Assembly (NCBI GenBank): GCA_035710305.1
Contig: DASTDQ010000142.1
Span: forward strand, 1 to 58,673
Reading direction: 5' to 3'
Length of the DNA: 58,673 nucleotides
Source: Vicinamibacterales bacterium
GTDB taxonomy: Bacteria > Acidobacteriota > Vicinamibacteria > Vicinamibacterales > UBA2999
Position numbers and translations under genes: made by a program. This document shows, one piece after another, positions 9,259 to 17,838 of the stretch (position 1 is the stretch's first letter; every line of letters begins with the position of its first letter). The notes beneath the pieces were generated by a model. It saw nothing but the letters and a program-made list of their open reading frames with translations. It did not search any database and was not told the origin of the DNA.

Positions 9259-10860
9259 CTAGTGGGCCCTGCGGCGAGCCAGCGAGCGGACGAGCGAGAC
9301 CATCTGGCCGCGGTCGCTTGCTTGAGCGACCGCTTCGCGCAGTGCGACGTGGCGTCGCGCGACGGCCCGCGCGAGGGATTCGTCAACAGAACGCATCCCG
9401 GGTCCGCCGTCCTGTTGCATGCGCGCGAGCCTGTCGAAGTCGCCTGCCTCCAGCGCCCCGCACACCGCGCTGGTCGCCAGCACGACGTCCTGAACCAGCG
9501 TCCGTCCTCCGCCGATGCGACGAAGGCTGCGATAGCCGATTGCGGCTCTGAACGAGGCGGCCATTGCGCGGCGAACATGAACGTCGGAACCGGACAGCAT
9601 GCGCAACGCATCCACCGTGGTCGATGCGACGACGCCGACGATGACCAGCCGCCCGCCCGCCGCCGCCAGGACGGCTGACTGAAGCGCCTGTTCGGACTGG
9701 AGCCCGGTCACGAGAAGGATATCGGGAGCTTCCTGTGAGGCGCGGCGGATGGCGGCAGCGAAGTCTTTCTCGCTTCCGCTGATCGTTCGCCGGCTCACGA
9801 ACACGCCTGCGATGTCCTCGAGAGAGCGGCTGCGGCGCTGAAGCGAGATCAGGTACCCGCCGCGGTCGCGACTGCTCCAATCAGCCACGGCTGCCGCCAG
9901 CATCTCGACATCGGTCTCGTTCCCCGCCGCCACGACCACGAGACCCTGCGCCTCGCAGGCCAGGCGGATCTGACGCGGGATGTGCTTGTGCAAGAGGCGC
10001 AGCGACGTTGTCGGTCTGAGCTGAACGACGAGCCCCGTGCCGTCCAGGTCGCTGAAGACGCGGCAGCTGACGTAGCCGAACTCCTCGTCTTCGCGGACCC
10101 ACTCACCGTCCGGGCGCGGCTGCCATCGGCCGTCGCCGCCACGAGAGAAGATGTTTGCGACCTCGTCCACCACCGACGCATCGACGATCTCGTCGCTGAC
10201 GGGCTGAATGCGATCGTCGATTCGGGCCGCAGCATTCGAACCGGCGCGGAGAAACATCATGCTCGCGCCGAGATCGGCTGCCTGGCGAATCCACGCGGCA
10301 AGGTCCCGCGGCGGTTCAGGGCGGGACCGCGACTGTCGAACAGGTTCCGGGGTGTAAGACGGAGCGGGTCGCTCTATGTGCCTGACAGGTTCCGGCGGCG
10401 CGAACGGCCTTGCGTCGAAGCGCACCTCAGGCGCCGGTGCGACTGCGATCGGAGGCGCGGCGACAGCTTCGGGTTCGGCAGGCACGAAGACCGGCGGATG
10501 TTCGACGACCGGAATCGCTGGTGCGGGTTCCAGAACAGAAGCCGCGTTGTCAGGAAGCGAGACGATCAACTCGATCGAAAAATCGTCCCCGACGCGCTCG
10601 GCTCGGGCAGTGAGCGGATGGGGAAAAGACTCCGAATGCACCGGTTCGCTGACCACGCCGTTGGCACTCAGTTCCTGACGACCGGCACCAGACAGAATCT
10701 GTTCCGCCAGCGCTTCGACAGCGTTGATAGAGAGGACCGCAGAGGCGACGTCCTGGCGGCGCGCACCGGCGAGTACGTGCGGGCGTTCCCCCGCTCTCAT
10801 CACGAGGCGTTCACCACCTGCGCGTTCGAGTGCTGCGCAGAGCGACGGCATCAGGCTCAT
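9259..10860 (-). CDS. PilT/GspE-family ATPase homolog with all catalytic motifs degenerate (predicted pseudo-ATPase). Two PilT-type N-terminal domains are separated by a Pro/Ala-rich linker.
   Basis: The C-terminal 250 aa align colinearly with PilT (IGGGRTLVQDVVLATSAV, GMRSVDESLARAV). The Walker A GPTGSGKST position reads AAGNETDVE. Walker B/catalytic DIILVGEMRD reads DILLVTGLQS. The His box TGHLVFGTLHT reads GGRLVIVGVVAS. Confidence 0.8.
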   Translation of the reverse strand: MSLMPSLCAALERAGGERLVMRAGERPHVLAGARRQDVASAVLSINAVEALAEQILSGAGRQELSANGVVSEPVHSESFPHPLTARAERVGDDFSIELIVSLPDNAASVLEPAPAIPVVEHPPVFVPAEPEAVAAPPIAVAPAPEVRFDARPFAPPEPVRHIERPAPSYTPEPVRQSRSRPEPPRDLAAWIRQAADLGASMMFLRAGSNAAARIDDRIQPVSDEIVDASVVDEVANIFSRGGDGRWQPRPDGEWVREDEEFGYVSCRVFSDLDGTGLVVQLRPTTSLRLLHKHIPRQIRLACEAQGLVVVAAGNETDVEMLAAAVADWSSRDRGGYLISLQRRSRSLEDIAGVFVSRRTISGSEKDFAAAIRRASQEAPDILLVTGLQSEQALQSAVLAAAGGRLVIVGVVASTTVDALRMLSGSDVHVRRAMAASFRAAIGYRSLRRIGGGRTLVQDVVLATSAVCGALEAGDFDRLARMQQDGGPGMRSVDESLARAVARRHVALREAVAQASDRGQMVSLVRSLARRRAH

Positions 10861-11333
10861 AGGTCAGCGTCCTGCAGAGTAAGCGTGTCTTCGAATTGCA
10901 GCGCCGCCCGAAAAACCGGAGTCGGCGCGACCGCATGCATCGACGAACGTATGACCGTTGCGCGGAGAACCTTGCGCACCCCGCCGTAGCGAAGGAAGAC
11001 GTCCACGGTTCGACCCGGACACAGTCTCTGACTCGTTTCGGCCAGAAGACCGGTAGACGATAGATTCACGAGCCGCATCGGAAAACCGGCGACGGCCAGC
11101 CGTATCTCGACTTTGAACTGATGTGGTTCGCGCCGTGGGGCGCCGCGTCGTTCCTTGCGCTGAGGCGGAGGTTCCGGAACCGGATCCGGCTTTGCCTCTG
11201 CGGGGGACTGAGCTTTGGCCGCGGCAGGGCTCTGCCAGGACGCCTCCAGACCGGCGAAAAGGTCGTCCAGAGACGCCTTCTCGGGAAGCTTGACGACCAT
11301 CTCGTCGTCGGAATCAGAGCCCGGATCGCTCAT
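10857..11333 (-). CDS. PilZ domain protein (c-di-GMP receptor motifs intact) with acidic/Pro-rich N-terminus
   Basis: RxxxR (RGAPR) and (D/N)xSxxG (NLSSTG) motifs are present. Its stop overlaps the start of the downstream pseudo-PilT gene by 4 nt. Confidence 0.8.
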   Translation of the reverse strand: MSDPGSDSDDEMVVKLPEKASLDDLFAGLEASWQSPAAAKAQSPAEAKPDPVPEPPPQRKERRGAPRREPHQFKVEIRLAVAGFPMRLVNLSSTGLLAETSQRLCPGRTVDVFLRYGGVRKVLRATVIRSSMHAVAPTPVFRAALQFEDTLTLQDADL

Positions 11334-11345
11334 GACCGCACAAAG

Positions 11346-11361
11346 TGCAACCTGGCTGCCG
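11346..11361 (-). promoter_or_regulatory. Candidate sigma54 promoter (minus strand reads CGGCAGCCAGGTTGCA)
   Basis: GG-N10-GC spacing with TTGCA at -12. It lies only about 13 nt upstream of the annotated PilZ ATG. This implies a near-leaderless transcript or use of the internal ATG at 11300. Confidence 0.4.
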
Positions 11362-11521
11362 GCCCCTCGAGACGTTTCTTGCGCAGGGCGATGTCAGAGT
11401 TGCATTAGAATTCACAGTAATTCCCTTGAGTAACGACCTATCATAGGCGAACGATGACTGAGTCGTCCTCCCAATCCTTGAAGTTCCGGATGACTCGCGG
11501 ACGAGAGGGGAGAGGCCGTCA

Positions 11522-11887
11522 ATGGCGAAGATCCTAGTCGTCGAAGACGACGATGCGACGCGGGCCGGCTACCGGGAACTCCTGAGCCGGGCAGGGCATG
11601 AGGTTGTCGCCACGGCTACCTACCAGGAAGGGCGGCACGCCGTCGCTACCGAGAGCCCAGACCTCGTGATCGCGGACTTGCGGCTGGGTGGATTCAACGG
11701 ACTCCAGTTATTGCTGCTCAGCCCGCAGCCGATCCCGACGATCATCGTGACCGGGTTTCATGATCAGGTTCTCGAGGCTGAGGCCAGGCGCGCGGGGGCC
11801 GATTACGTCGTCAAACCTGTCTCCCCCTCCAACCTCATGACCCTGGTCCGCGAAAGGCTCGAGAGTCAGGCTGCATCTGGACGCTGA
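11522..11887 (+). CDS. Stand-alone response-regulator receiver (CheY-like)
   Basis: 121 aa. Acidic pocket VEDDD, phospho-acceptor Asp in VIADLRL, conserved T (IIVTG) and K (VVKP). Confidence 0.9.
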   Translation: MAKILVVEDDDATRAGYRELLSRAGHEVVATATYQEGRHAVATESPDLVIADLRLGGFNGLQLLLLSPQPIPTIIVTGFHDQVLEAEARRAGADYVVKPVSPSNLMTLVRERLESQAASGR

Positions 11888-12063
11888 CAAATCTGCGCGC
11901 GGGAACCCGCTACCCTGAGCGCCACGGGAGAGTTCGCTTCCACGCGACATCGAGAACGATGACGCCTCCAAGCGTTAGTCACCCGGAACGCAACCTTTCT
12001 CCGTCTCAAACGCGCCAATCCCCTTTCGTTTGCGGCCTTCTTGGGCCAATCTTGTGCTCTTAC

Positions 12064-12079
12064 TGGCGACTGGCTTGCA
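12064..12079 (+). promoter_or_regulatory. sigma54 (-24/-12) promoter TGGCGACTGGCTTGCA
   Basis: Matches TGGCACG-N4-TTGCW in geometry, with GG at positions 2-3 and TTGCA at positions 12-16. The GC dinucleotide lies 30 nt upstream of the ATG at 12109. Identical at 13/16 positions to the site at 14296. Confidence 0.7.
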
Positions 12080-12108
12080 GGAGTCGAACGGCCACTTCCC
12101 AGCGCTGA

Positions 12109-13815
12109 ATGTCGAGCATCAAGAGTCAGTTACCGGTCGCACAGGAACCGACCCTCTTCGAGGGAGCGGTCCGTGACCGCTCGTGGGAATGGCTGCTCGA
12201 ACTGCGCCGCCGGCTCAAGGTCGAACTGCTGTTGGTGGATGGACGCTGTTCGGTACTGCTGCCCGCGCGGGATCAGGCGGCCCGCCTTCAGGGTCTGCTC
12301 GAACAAACTGAACCGGTCCTGGTGTCTGCCATCAACGCGACGCTGCGCAGCAGGACAGCCCACGTCGTGGAGCTTGGCGGGCTTCAGGCAGTCTGCCTGG
12401 CGATATCACGTGATCGGGGAGACGCCGGGGCACTACTCGTCGGCAGGACCGTTCCGCCGGGGCAGGACCCACGGGCCTCCCGCGATCAGCTCCAACTGGT
12501 TACCTCGTGGTTGGCCACGGCCGTCGAGGCGCACCTTCTCAGCCCGCCGTCGCTTCTTTCGAGTGGCTTGAGTCGAGTCGCTCCCCTGGCCCAGGTGTTC
12601 GGCCAGTGCGCGGAACACGAATCCGATCGCGAGCTCGTTCGACTGTTTGGCGAGGCGGTCGCCGTCTGGCACGACATCGAAGTTTGCGGGTACGTGGAGA
12701 CGTCCAATGGCGGCTTCGCCAGAGATGTGACACTGCCCGGCGCGAACAAGGGCGAAAGGCCCCTGTCGATTTCCGCCGAGGAGTTGCCCGAGGCGACCGA
12801 ACTCACGCGACTTCCTCACGGGCATCTCGACCGATTCGGACTCCCGGTGAGTTGCGACGTTTACGTGAGCCGGTTGGCCCGGGCTGCGGAGCGATCGTGG
12901 CTCCTCGTCTTCATCGGAGCCATTGACGACTACGATCTTCAGCGCCTCGGGGCGTATCTGGCGTTGCTGGAGTTAGCCCTTGCCTTGTCGACGTCGACGA
13001 TGACCACCCGCGTGGTGAACACGATCGGCAGCAGGCTCAGCGACGTTCAGCAGACGCCGGAGATGCGCACCAGGAATGCACTAGAGGAGCTCCGCCGAAC
13101 GCTCGGCGCGTCTTCGGCCGGTCTCAAGATCGAGTCGCCAGACGGGGCGCCCTTGTTCGACGCGCTGAGCCCCGACCTTGCCGACACGTCTCGCGCGGAC
13201 CCAGGTGCGTCGAGACTAGTGCTCGTCAAACGGTCCGAACAGCATTACACTACGACCGTTTCGCTCGGTCGCTATGAGAGTCGGCAGTTCACTCCACGAG
13301 ACTACGCCGTGGCGAGCGCTGCGGCGACCGTATTCGGGCTCTGGGTTCCTGCGACGTTGAGCACCGCTGCGGGTCGGCGCGAACGCCGGGCCCTGCCGCG
13401 CGGGTTTCAAGAAGTAATTGAACGGTCGGCCTGCGAGGCAATCGAACGAGGTGTGCCCGTCGCAGTCGTTGTTCTGCTGATTCGAGATGCCATATCGCTG
13501 CCCGGGTCCACCCAGCGTTGGGTGGCGGGCATTCGGGGTCAAATGAGGGCGTCGGACGTGGCCGGGATGCTGACAGAAGGAGAAATAGGACTCCTGTTGC
13601 ACGACATCGCCAACGAGCAGGCCAAGGCCATCGCCGAACGCCTCAGGACGGTGGTGAGCGGTGCGCCCGGACGGGAGGCGATTCTGATCGGTGTGGCCAG
13701 TTGGACGCCAGGCCAGGACCCGGCCGATGGTATTGTTCGCAGGGCCCGTGCAGATGCACTCGCCGACGGTCGGCGTGCTCAAGTGTCCGTTTCACCTCGC
13801 GGAGTGAACAGCTGA
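12109..13815 (+). CDS. Multi-sensor protein ending in a degenerate GGDEF domain that keeps its RxxD I-site (predicted c-di-GMP receptor, not a cyclase)
   Basis: The C-terminal fold-level pattern is GGDEF-like. The A-site reads TEGEI instead of GG(D/E)EF. RASD sits exactly 5 residues upstream, as in canonical I-sites. The N-terminal about 400 aa looks like tandem GAF/PocR-like sensor modules (weak). Confidence 0.65.
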   Translation: MSSIKSQLPVAQEPTLFEGAVRDRSWEWLLELRRRLKVELLLVDGRCSVLLPARDQAARLQGLLEQTEPVLVSAINATLRSRTAHVVELGGLQAVCLAISRDRGDAGALLVGRTVPPGQDPRASRDQLQLVTSWLATAVEAHLLSPPSLLSSGLSRVAPLAQVFGQCAEHESDRELVRLFGEAVAVWHDIEVCGYVETSNGGFARDVTLPGANKGERPLSISAEELPEATELTRLPHGHLDRFGLPVSCDVYVSRLARAAERSWLLVFIGAIDDYDLQRLGAYLALLELALALSTSTMTTRVVNTIGSRLSDVQQTPEMRTRNALEELRRTLGASSAGLKIESPDGAPLFDALSPDLADTSRADPGASRLVLVKRSEQHYTTTVSLGRYESRQFTPRDYAVASAAATVFGLWVPATLSTAAGRRERRALPRGFQEVIERSACEAIERGVPVAVVVLLIRDAISLPGSTQRWVAGIRGQMRASDVAGMLTEGEIGLLLHDIANEQAKAIAERLRTVVSGAPGREAILIGVASWTPGQDPADGIVRRARADALADGRRAQVSVSPRGVNS

Positions 13816-14132
13816 TGGCGTTGGGGGATCGACGTTCTCGCCTGCGCCTTGAAGTCGTCGGCGCGTTGTGGGCCACGTTGGAGCTGACAGAGCCCGCCCG
13901 GGTGGTGAATATCAGCCGGGATGGGGCGCTGATCACGTCACCCGTCCCAATGACACCAGAGTCGGTCCAGCCGCTTCATCTGAAGCTGGAGGGACGAGAG
14001 GTTACCGTGGATGCACGCGTTCGCCACATCCGTCGTGTGTCCGGACCGGACGAGCCCATCCGGTACCTCGTTGGAGTCGAGTTTCTTACAGTCCCTCCCG
14101 CACTCGCCCGCGCCACGGAATGGCCGTCGTGA
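13815..14132 (+). CDS. Single-domain PilZ protein
   Basis: RxxxR (RSRLR) and NxSxxG (NISRDG) motifs. The ATG overlaps the upstream stop (TGATG). The longer ORF from 13518 is an out-of-frame overlap with the upstream gene. Confidence 0.8.
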   Translation: MALGDRRSRLRLEVVGALWATLELTEPARVVNISRDGALITSPVPMTPESVQPLHLKLEGREVTVDARVRHIRRVSGPDEPIRYLVGVEFLTVPPALARATEWPS

Positions 14133-14295
14133 GACGCCAAAATCGTGTGAGGGAAAGTCTACCGCCTAGAGTGTCTTAGCCCGGACTTGCTCAGACTTTC
14201 TGAGGGGCAGTCTCGAGATCAGAGTCTTCGCGGGCCAGTTCATAAACATCAGAATATAAAAGACTTGCGTCGGCAGACAAACGTCTGCTTGACGA

Positions 14296-14311
14296 TGGCG
14301 ACTCACTTGCA
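14296..14311 (+). promoter_or_regulatory. sigma54 (-24/-12) promoter TGGCGACTCACTTGCA
   Basis: Exact GG-N10-GC geometry with TTGCA. Lies about 65 nt upstream of the PilZ-EBP operon start. It is preceded by an AT-rich tract (14241-14262) and a palindrome (14273-14288). Confidence 0.7.
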
Positions 14312-14377
14312 GCCTCGGCAGACTTCGGGAAACCCGTAGGACATGAACGAGTCCGCGCGGTGTGCGCGAGGAGACCG

Positions 14378-14689
14378 ATGGAGGAACGGCGGCGGACCCC
14401 ACGGCAGCAGGTCGGTGAGGAATTCGCAAATCTGCCAGGGAACATGAGCGTCCGGGTTCTGGACATCAGCACCGTCGGCGTGCTGATTCAGTCCCCCCGC
14501 CTGCTCAACCCGGGATCACGCGGAAGTCTGCGCTTCACGCTTGCCGGAGCACCCTTTGCGGCAGACATTCAAGTTCGGCGCGTGTCCTCGGCGTCCGACA
14601 ACGGATCCGGGTACCGCATTGGTGCGACATTCGTGGGAATGACCATGGATCACCGACAGCTGATTGAACGGTTCATGAACAATGATTGA
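14378..14689 (+). CDS. Single-domain PilZ protein
   Basis: RxxxR (RRTPR) and DxSxxG (DISTVG) motifs. The ATG at 14378 follows a GAGGAG Shine-Dalgarno sequence. An alternative GTG lies at 14360. The 3' end overlaps the EBP start by 8 nt. Confidence 0.8.
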   Translation: MEERRRTPRQQVGEEFANLPGNMSVRVLDISTVGVLIQSPRLLNPGSRGSLRFTLAGAPFAADIQVRRVSSASDNGSGYRIGATFVGMTMDHRQLIERFMNND

Positions 14690-15809
14690 TGGTGTAGCTG
14701 AAAGCAGCACTCGAGTCGGCGCGATTGGCCCGATTGGGGCGATTCGGCCCCGATCTCACGTCCAGCTCACTGGCCGCAGCGCCGAGGTTGTCGCACTCGA
14801 ACAAGAGATCGACCGGGTCGCCCGCTCCGACGCCAAGGTTCTGATCACGGGCGAAAGCGGTGTCGGCAAGGAGATCGTCGCACGCGCGATTCACTCGCGA
14901 GGGCCTCGGTCCGGACACGTGTTTGCGCCGGTCAACTGCGCCGGTCTTCCCGAAACGCTGCTTGAATCCGAACTGTTCGGGCACGTCAAGGGCAGCTTCA
15001 CGGGGGCCTACCGCGACAAGCCTGGCAAGTTGGAAACGGCTCACATGGGTACGATCTTCCTCGACGAAGTCGGGGAGATGACGCTCCGGATGCAGGGCTT
15101 GCTTCTGCGCTTCCTGGAGACGGGTGAGCTTCAGAAGGTTGGAGCCGATGGGAGCGGCCGCATCGTCAACGTTCGCGTCATCGCGGCGACCAACCGTGAT
15201 CTGCGCGACATGATCAAGCAGGGAACCTTCAGAGAGGACCTGTTCTATCGGCTCAACGTCATCCACATCGTTGTGCCACCGCTTCGGGACCGTCGCGAGG
15301 ATATCCCGGTACTCGCGAACCAGTTCCTGTCCCACTTCACGACTGCCGGGCGATCCACGATCACGGGGATTTCCTCGGATGCGATGAAGGCCCTGATCGA
15401 GTACTCGTGGCCGGGTAATGTGCGCGAACTCGAGAACGTCATCGAGCGCCTCGTCGTCACCGTCAGCGGTCCGACGATCGAGACCGAGCATCTCTCATCG
15501 GAGATCAGAGCCTACGATGCCGTAATGCTCCGGCCCAAGCGGGAGCGACGGCGCACCGTGGCCGACGATCTGTACAAGCGCATGCTCGAGCAACACGAAT
15601 CGTTCTGGACGGCCGTGTACCCGCTGTTCATGGACCGCGAGATTACGCGAGCGAACTTGCGCGAGGTCGTCCGCCGCGGCCTCGAGGAAGCGCGGGGCAA
15701 CTACAAGATCGTGGCCCGCCTCTTCAACATGGAGGCGCGCGATTACAAGCGGTTCCTGAACTTCCTCCGGAAACACGACTGCCAGATCCCCTTCAAGGAA
15801 TACCGCTGA
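14682..15809 (+). CDS. sigma54-dependent enhancer-binding protein lacking any receiver/sensor domain (AAA+ core plus C-terminal Fis-like HTH)
   Basis: Walker A GESGVGKE, sigma54-contact loop GSFTGA (variant of GAFTGA), Walker B FLDEVGEM, R-finger region FREDLFYRLN. C-terminus GNYKIVARLFNMEARDYKRFLNFLRKH. Only about 30 aa precede the AAA+ core. Confidence 0.9.
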   Translation: MIDGVAESSTRVGAIGPIGAIRPRSHVQLTGRSAEVVALEQEIDRVARSDAKVLITGESGVGKEIVARAIHSRGPRSGHVFAPVNCAGLPETLLESELFGHVKGSFTGAYRDKPGKLETAHMGTIFLDEVGEMTLRMQGLLLRFLETGELQKVGADGSGRIVNVRVIAATNRDLRDMIKQGTFREDLFYRLNVIHIVVPPLRDRREDIPVLANQFLSHFTTAGRSTITGISSDAMKALIEYSWPGNVRELENVIERLVVTVSGPTIETEHLSSEIRAYDAVMLRPKRERRRTVADDLYKRMLEQHESFWTAVYPLFMDREITRANLREVVRRGLEEARGNYKIVARLFNMEARDYKRFLNFLRKHDCQIPFKEYR

Positions 15810-15908
15810 CCGGACCTCCTCGACGGCTCGACAACCTCGGGCCGTCGCGGGCCCATCGCACACCACCGGTTTCGCCAAGGCCCCGGTTTGCCGCAGCGGG
15901 GACGCCGG

Positions 15909-15924
15909 AGGCACGGTTGTTGCC
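15909..15924 (+). promoter_or_regulatory. sigma54 (-24/-12) promoter AGGCACGGTTGTTGCC
   Basis: GGCACG-N4-TTGC is a near-perfect match to the consensus. Lies about 80 nt upstream of the GTG start at 16004, which has a GAGGAG Shine-Dalgarno sequence. Confidence 0.7.
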
Positions 15925-16003
15925 AACTCATCAGGGCTGTGTGGCCGAGCCTGTCCGAAGGTGTTTCGACACAAGGGATTAGCCAGACCCTCCGAGGAGT
16001 CTC

Positions 16004-17536
16004 GTGACAAGGGACTCCCAAAGAGGGACCCAATTTCTGCCTGACGGAGGACTTCATCGGCTGATGCCGTCTCATGAAGCCGGCCCTGGCAGTCGTCACC
16101 TGTCCGAAGGGCAGCGCCAGTTGCTCCTCGAGCTGCACCTCAAAATCGACCGTACGTCCCCACCGCGTGAATTCCTCCGTGGGCTCGTCAACGCAATCAG
16201 CGAAGCCCTGCAGACGACCGTAGCAGTGGTCGGACGGAACGGAGATGTCTGGGTGCGAGCGGCCGCGTCGGGCCCCGCCACCCCGCGTCTGCCACTTCAG
16301 TCCGAGGGTTGGCCTCAGATCTTCGACCGCCTGAGCGCGACGGCAGGCGCACAGCTGGAGCTCTGGCGCACCGGAAGTGAGGATTGGACCTTGTTCGGAC
16401 TGGCAAGGGCGCCCCATACGCCGGTGATTCTCATTCTCGAAGGGGACTGGACGCATTGGGCCGCTGTCCTTCAACAGATGGCACAAGGTCTGTCGATCGG
16501 GGATGTCCGTGACCTCTCGCAAGCACGGCCGCTCGACAGCATCCTCCAGCGACTGTCGCACGCACTCGCCGACACTGTGGGGTTGGCCGAAGTCGGCGAA
16601 GTCGTGCTTCGGCATGTGATTCAAGCCGTGCCGAGTCGGCTGGCTTCCTTGGCGTCCGCAGCCCCCGACGGCGAACTCTCAATCGTGGCCACCCAGGGCT
16701 ATCCGCGCGAACTGGTCCAGCACCTTCGAATCGCGTCCGGCAACGGCGTGATAGGAGCAGTCCACCTCTCCAGGACACCGTTGGTCGTCTCAGACGTGTC
16801 GCTGACCCCGGGCCTTGACCGTCATCGGTCGAGGTATCGATCCAACTCGTTTGTGGCGGTTCCAATCGTAGCGGGGTCCGAAACGCTTGGCGTCGTATCG
16901 CTGACCGACCGAGTCGCCTCGGGCCCCTATACGCAGGGAGACGTCGCGGCAATCACCGTGTTGATGGGTCCGGCTGCGCTTGCGCTGGCGCGCGAACGCG
17001 TCAGACAGGAGGCCCTCGCCTACGCGCAGGCAGCCGTCGTCGACCCAGTGAGTGGCCTGTTCAACCGCCGGTATTTCGAGGCGCGTCTCGACGAGGAATT
17101 ACACCGCGCGGTTCGTCAGCTCACGTCCGTGGCGCTCTTGATGGTAGACCTGGATGAGTTCAAGGCGGTGAACGATCGCTTCGGACACATCGCCGGCGAC
17201 CTGGTGATTCGGGACATTTCGGAGATTCTTCGCCGGTCGGTGCGTATTTTCGATGTCTGCACGCGGTTCGGGGGCGAGGAGTTCGCGGTGATGATGCCCG
17301 GCGGCACCGTTGAAAGCGCAAGCGCAATTGCCGAGCGCATCCGCCATAGGGTTGAGGCTTATCAGCGGAACGAGCCGAGCTTGGCGGGACTACACGTCAC
17401 CGCGAGTATCGGCGTCGCGGTGTCTCCCCCCGGTGTTACTGCCCGAGACCTTATGGAACGGGCAGATCGTGCGCTCTACCATGCGAAGAAGGCTGGCAAG
17501 AATCGCGTCAGTACCGCCGGCACAGACCCGGTCTGA
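16004..17536 (+). CDS. GAF-domain diguanylate cyclase (GGDEF)
   Basis: Intact GGEEF A-site with an RIFD I-site 5 residues upstream. A GAF-like region (VPIVAGSETLGVVSLTD) precedes it. Confidence 0.9.
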   Translation: MTRDSQRGTQFLPDGGLHRLMPSHEAGPGSRHLSEGQRQLLLELHLKIDRTSPPREFLRGLVNAISEALQTTVAVVGRNGDVWVRAAASGPATPRLPLQSEGWPQIFDRLSATAGAQLELWRTGSEDWTLFGLARAPHTPVILILEGDWTHWAAVLQQMAQGLSIGDVRDLSQARPLDSILQRLSHALADTVGLAEVGEVVLRHVIQAVPSRLASLASAAPDGELSIVATQGYPRELVQHLRIASGNGVIGAVHLSRTPLVVSDVSLTPGLDRHRSRYRSNSFVAVPIVAGSETLGVVSLTDRVASGPYTQGDVAAITVLMGPAALALARERVRQEALAYAQAAVVDPVSGLFNRRYFEARLDEELHRAVRQLTSVALLMVDLDEFKAVNDRFGHIAGDLVIRDISEILRRSVRIFDVCTRFGGEEFAVMMPGGTVESASAIAERIRHRVEAYQRNEPSLAGLHVTASIGVAVSPPGVTARDLMERADRALYHAKKAGKNRVSTAGTDPV

Positions 17537-17556
17537 CCTGCCTGGTCTGACCTGCC
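17530..17556. repeat. Tandem duplication of 13 nt GGTCTGACCTGCC (period 14) spanning the cyclase stop codon
   Basis: Read directly. Copies are at 17530-17542 and 17544-17556. The TGA stop (17534-17536) lies in copy 1. Confidence 0.9.
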
Positions 17557-17838
17557 CAGATTCCGAATCCCTCAGAAAATCAGCAAACGCGGGTGCCCCC
17601 CCCAACAAATCGACCTGCCGGCCTCAGAAATCCACCTTTCGTGGCATGACTGACGACAGATCGTGGCGACGCCGATCCGAGCAGACTTGTGCAAAAAGTC
17701 AGAAGTTCGATCAGGCCCCCCAAGACGTTTAATACTGTAATTGTCTCTAGATCACCGAATTAGCGCAAAAGCGTGATCTTTAGGACGCTTTTCGACCACT
17801 TCTCAGTTGACCTTAGTCTCGTTAAAAAGGCAGACTTA

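Noticed and set aside
9259-9265. A further CTAGTGG heptamer at the stop codon of the pseudo-PilT gene, considered as a third MITE end
   Set aside because: The sequence beyond the heptamer is coding and shows no similarity to the repeat body. A 7-mer match alone is compatible with chance (CAC-TAG at a gene end).
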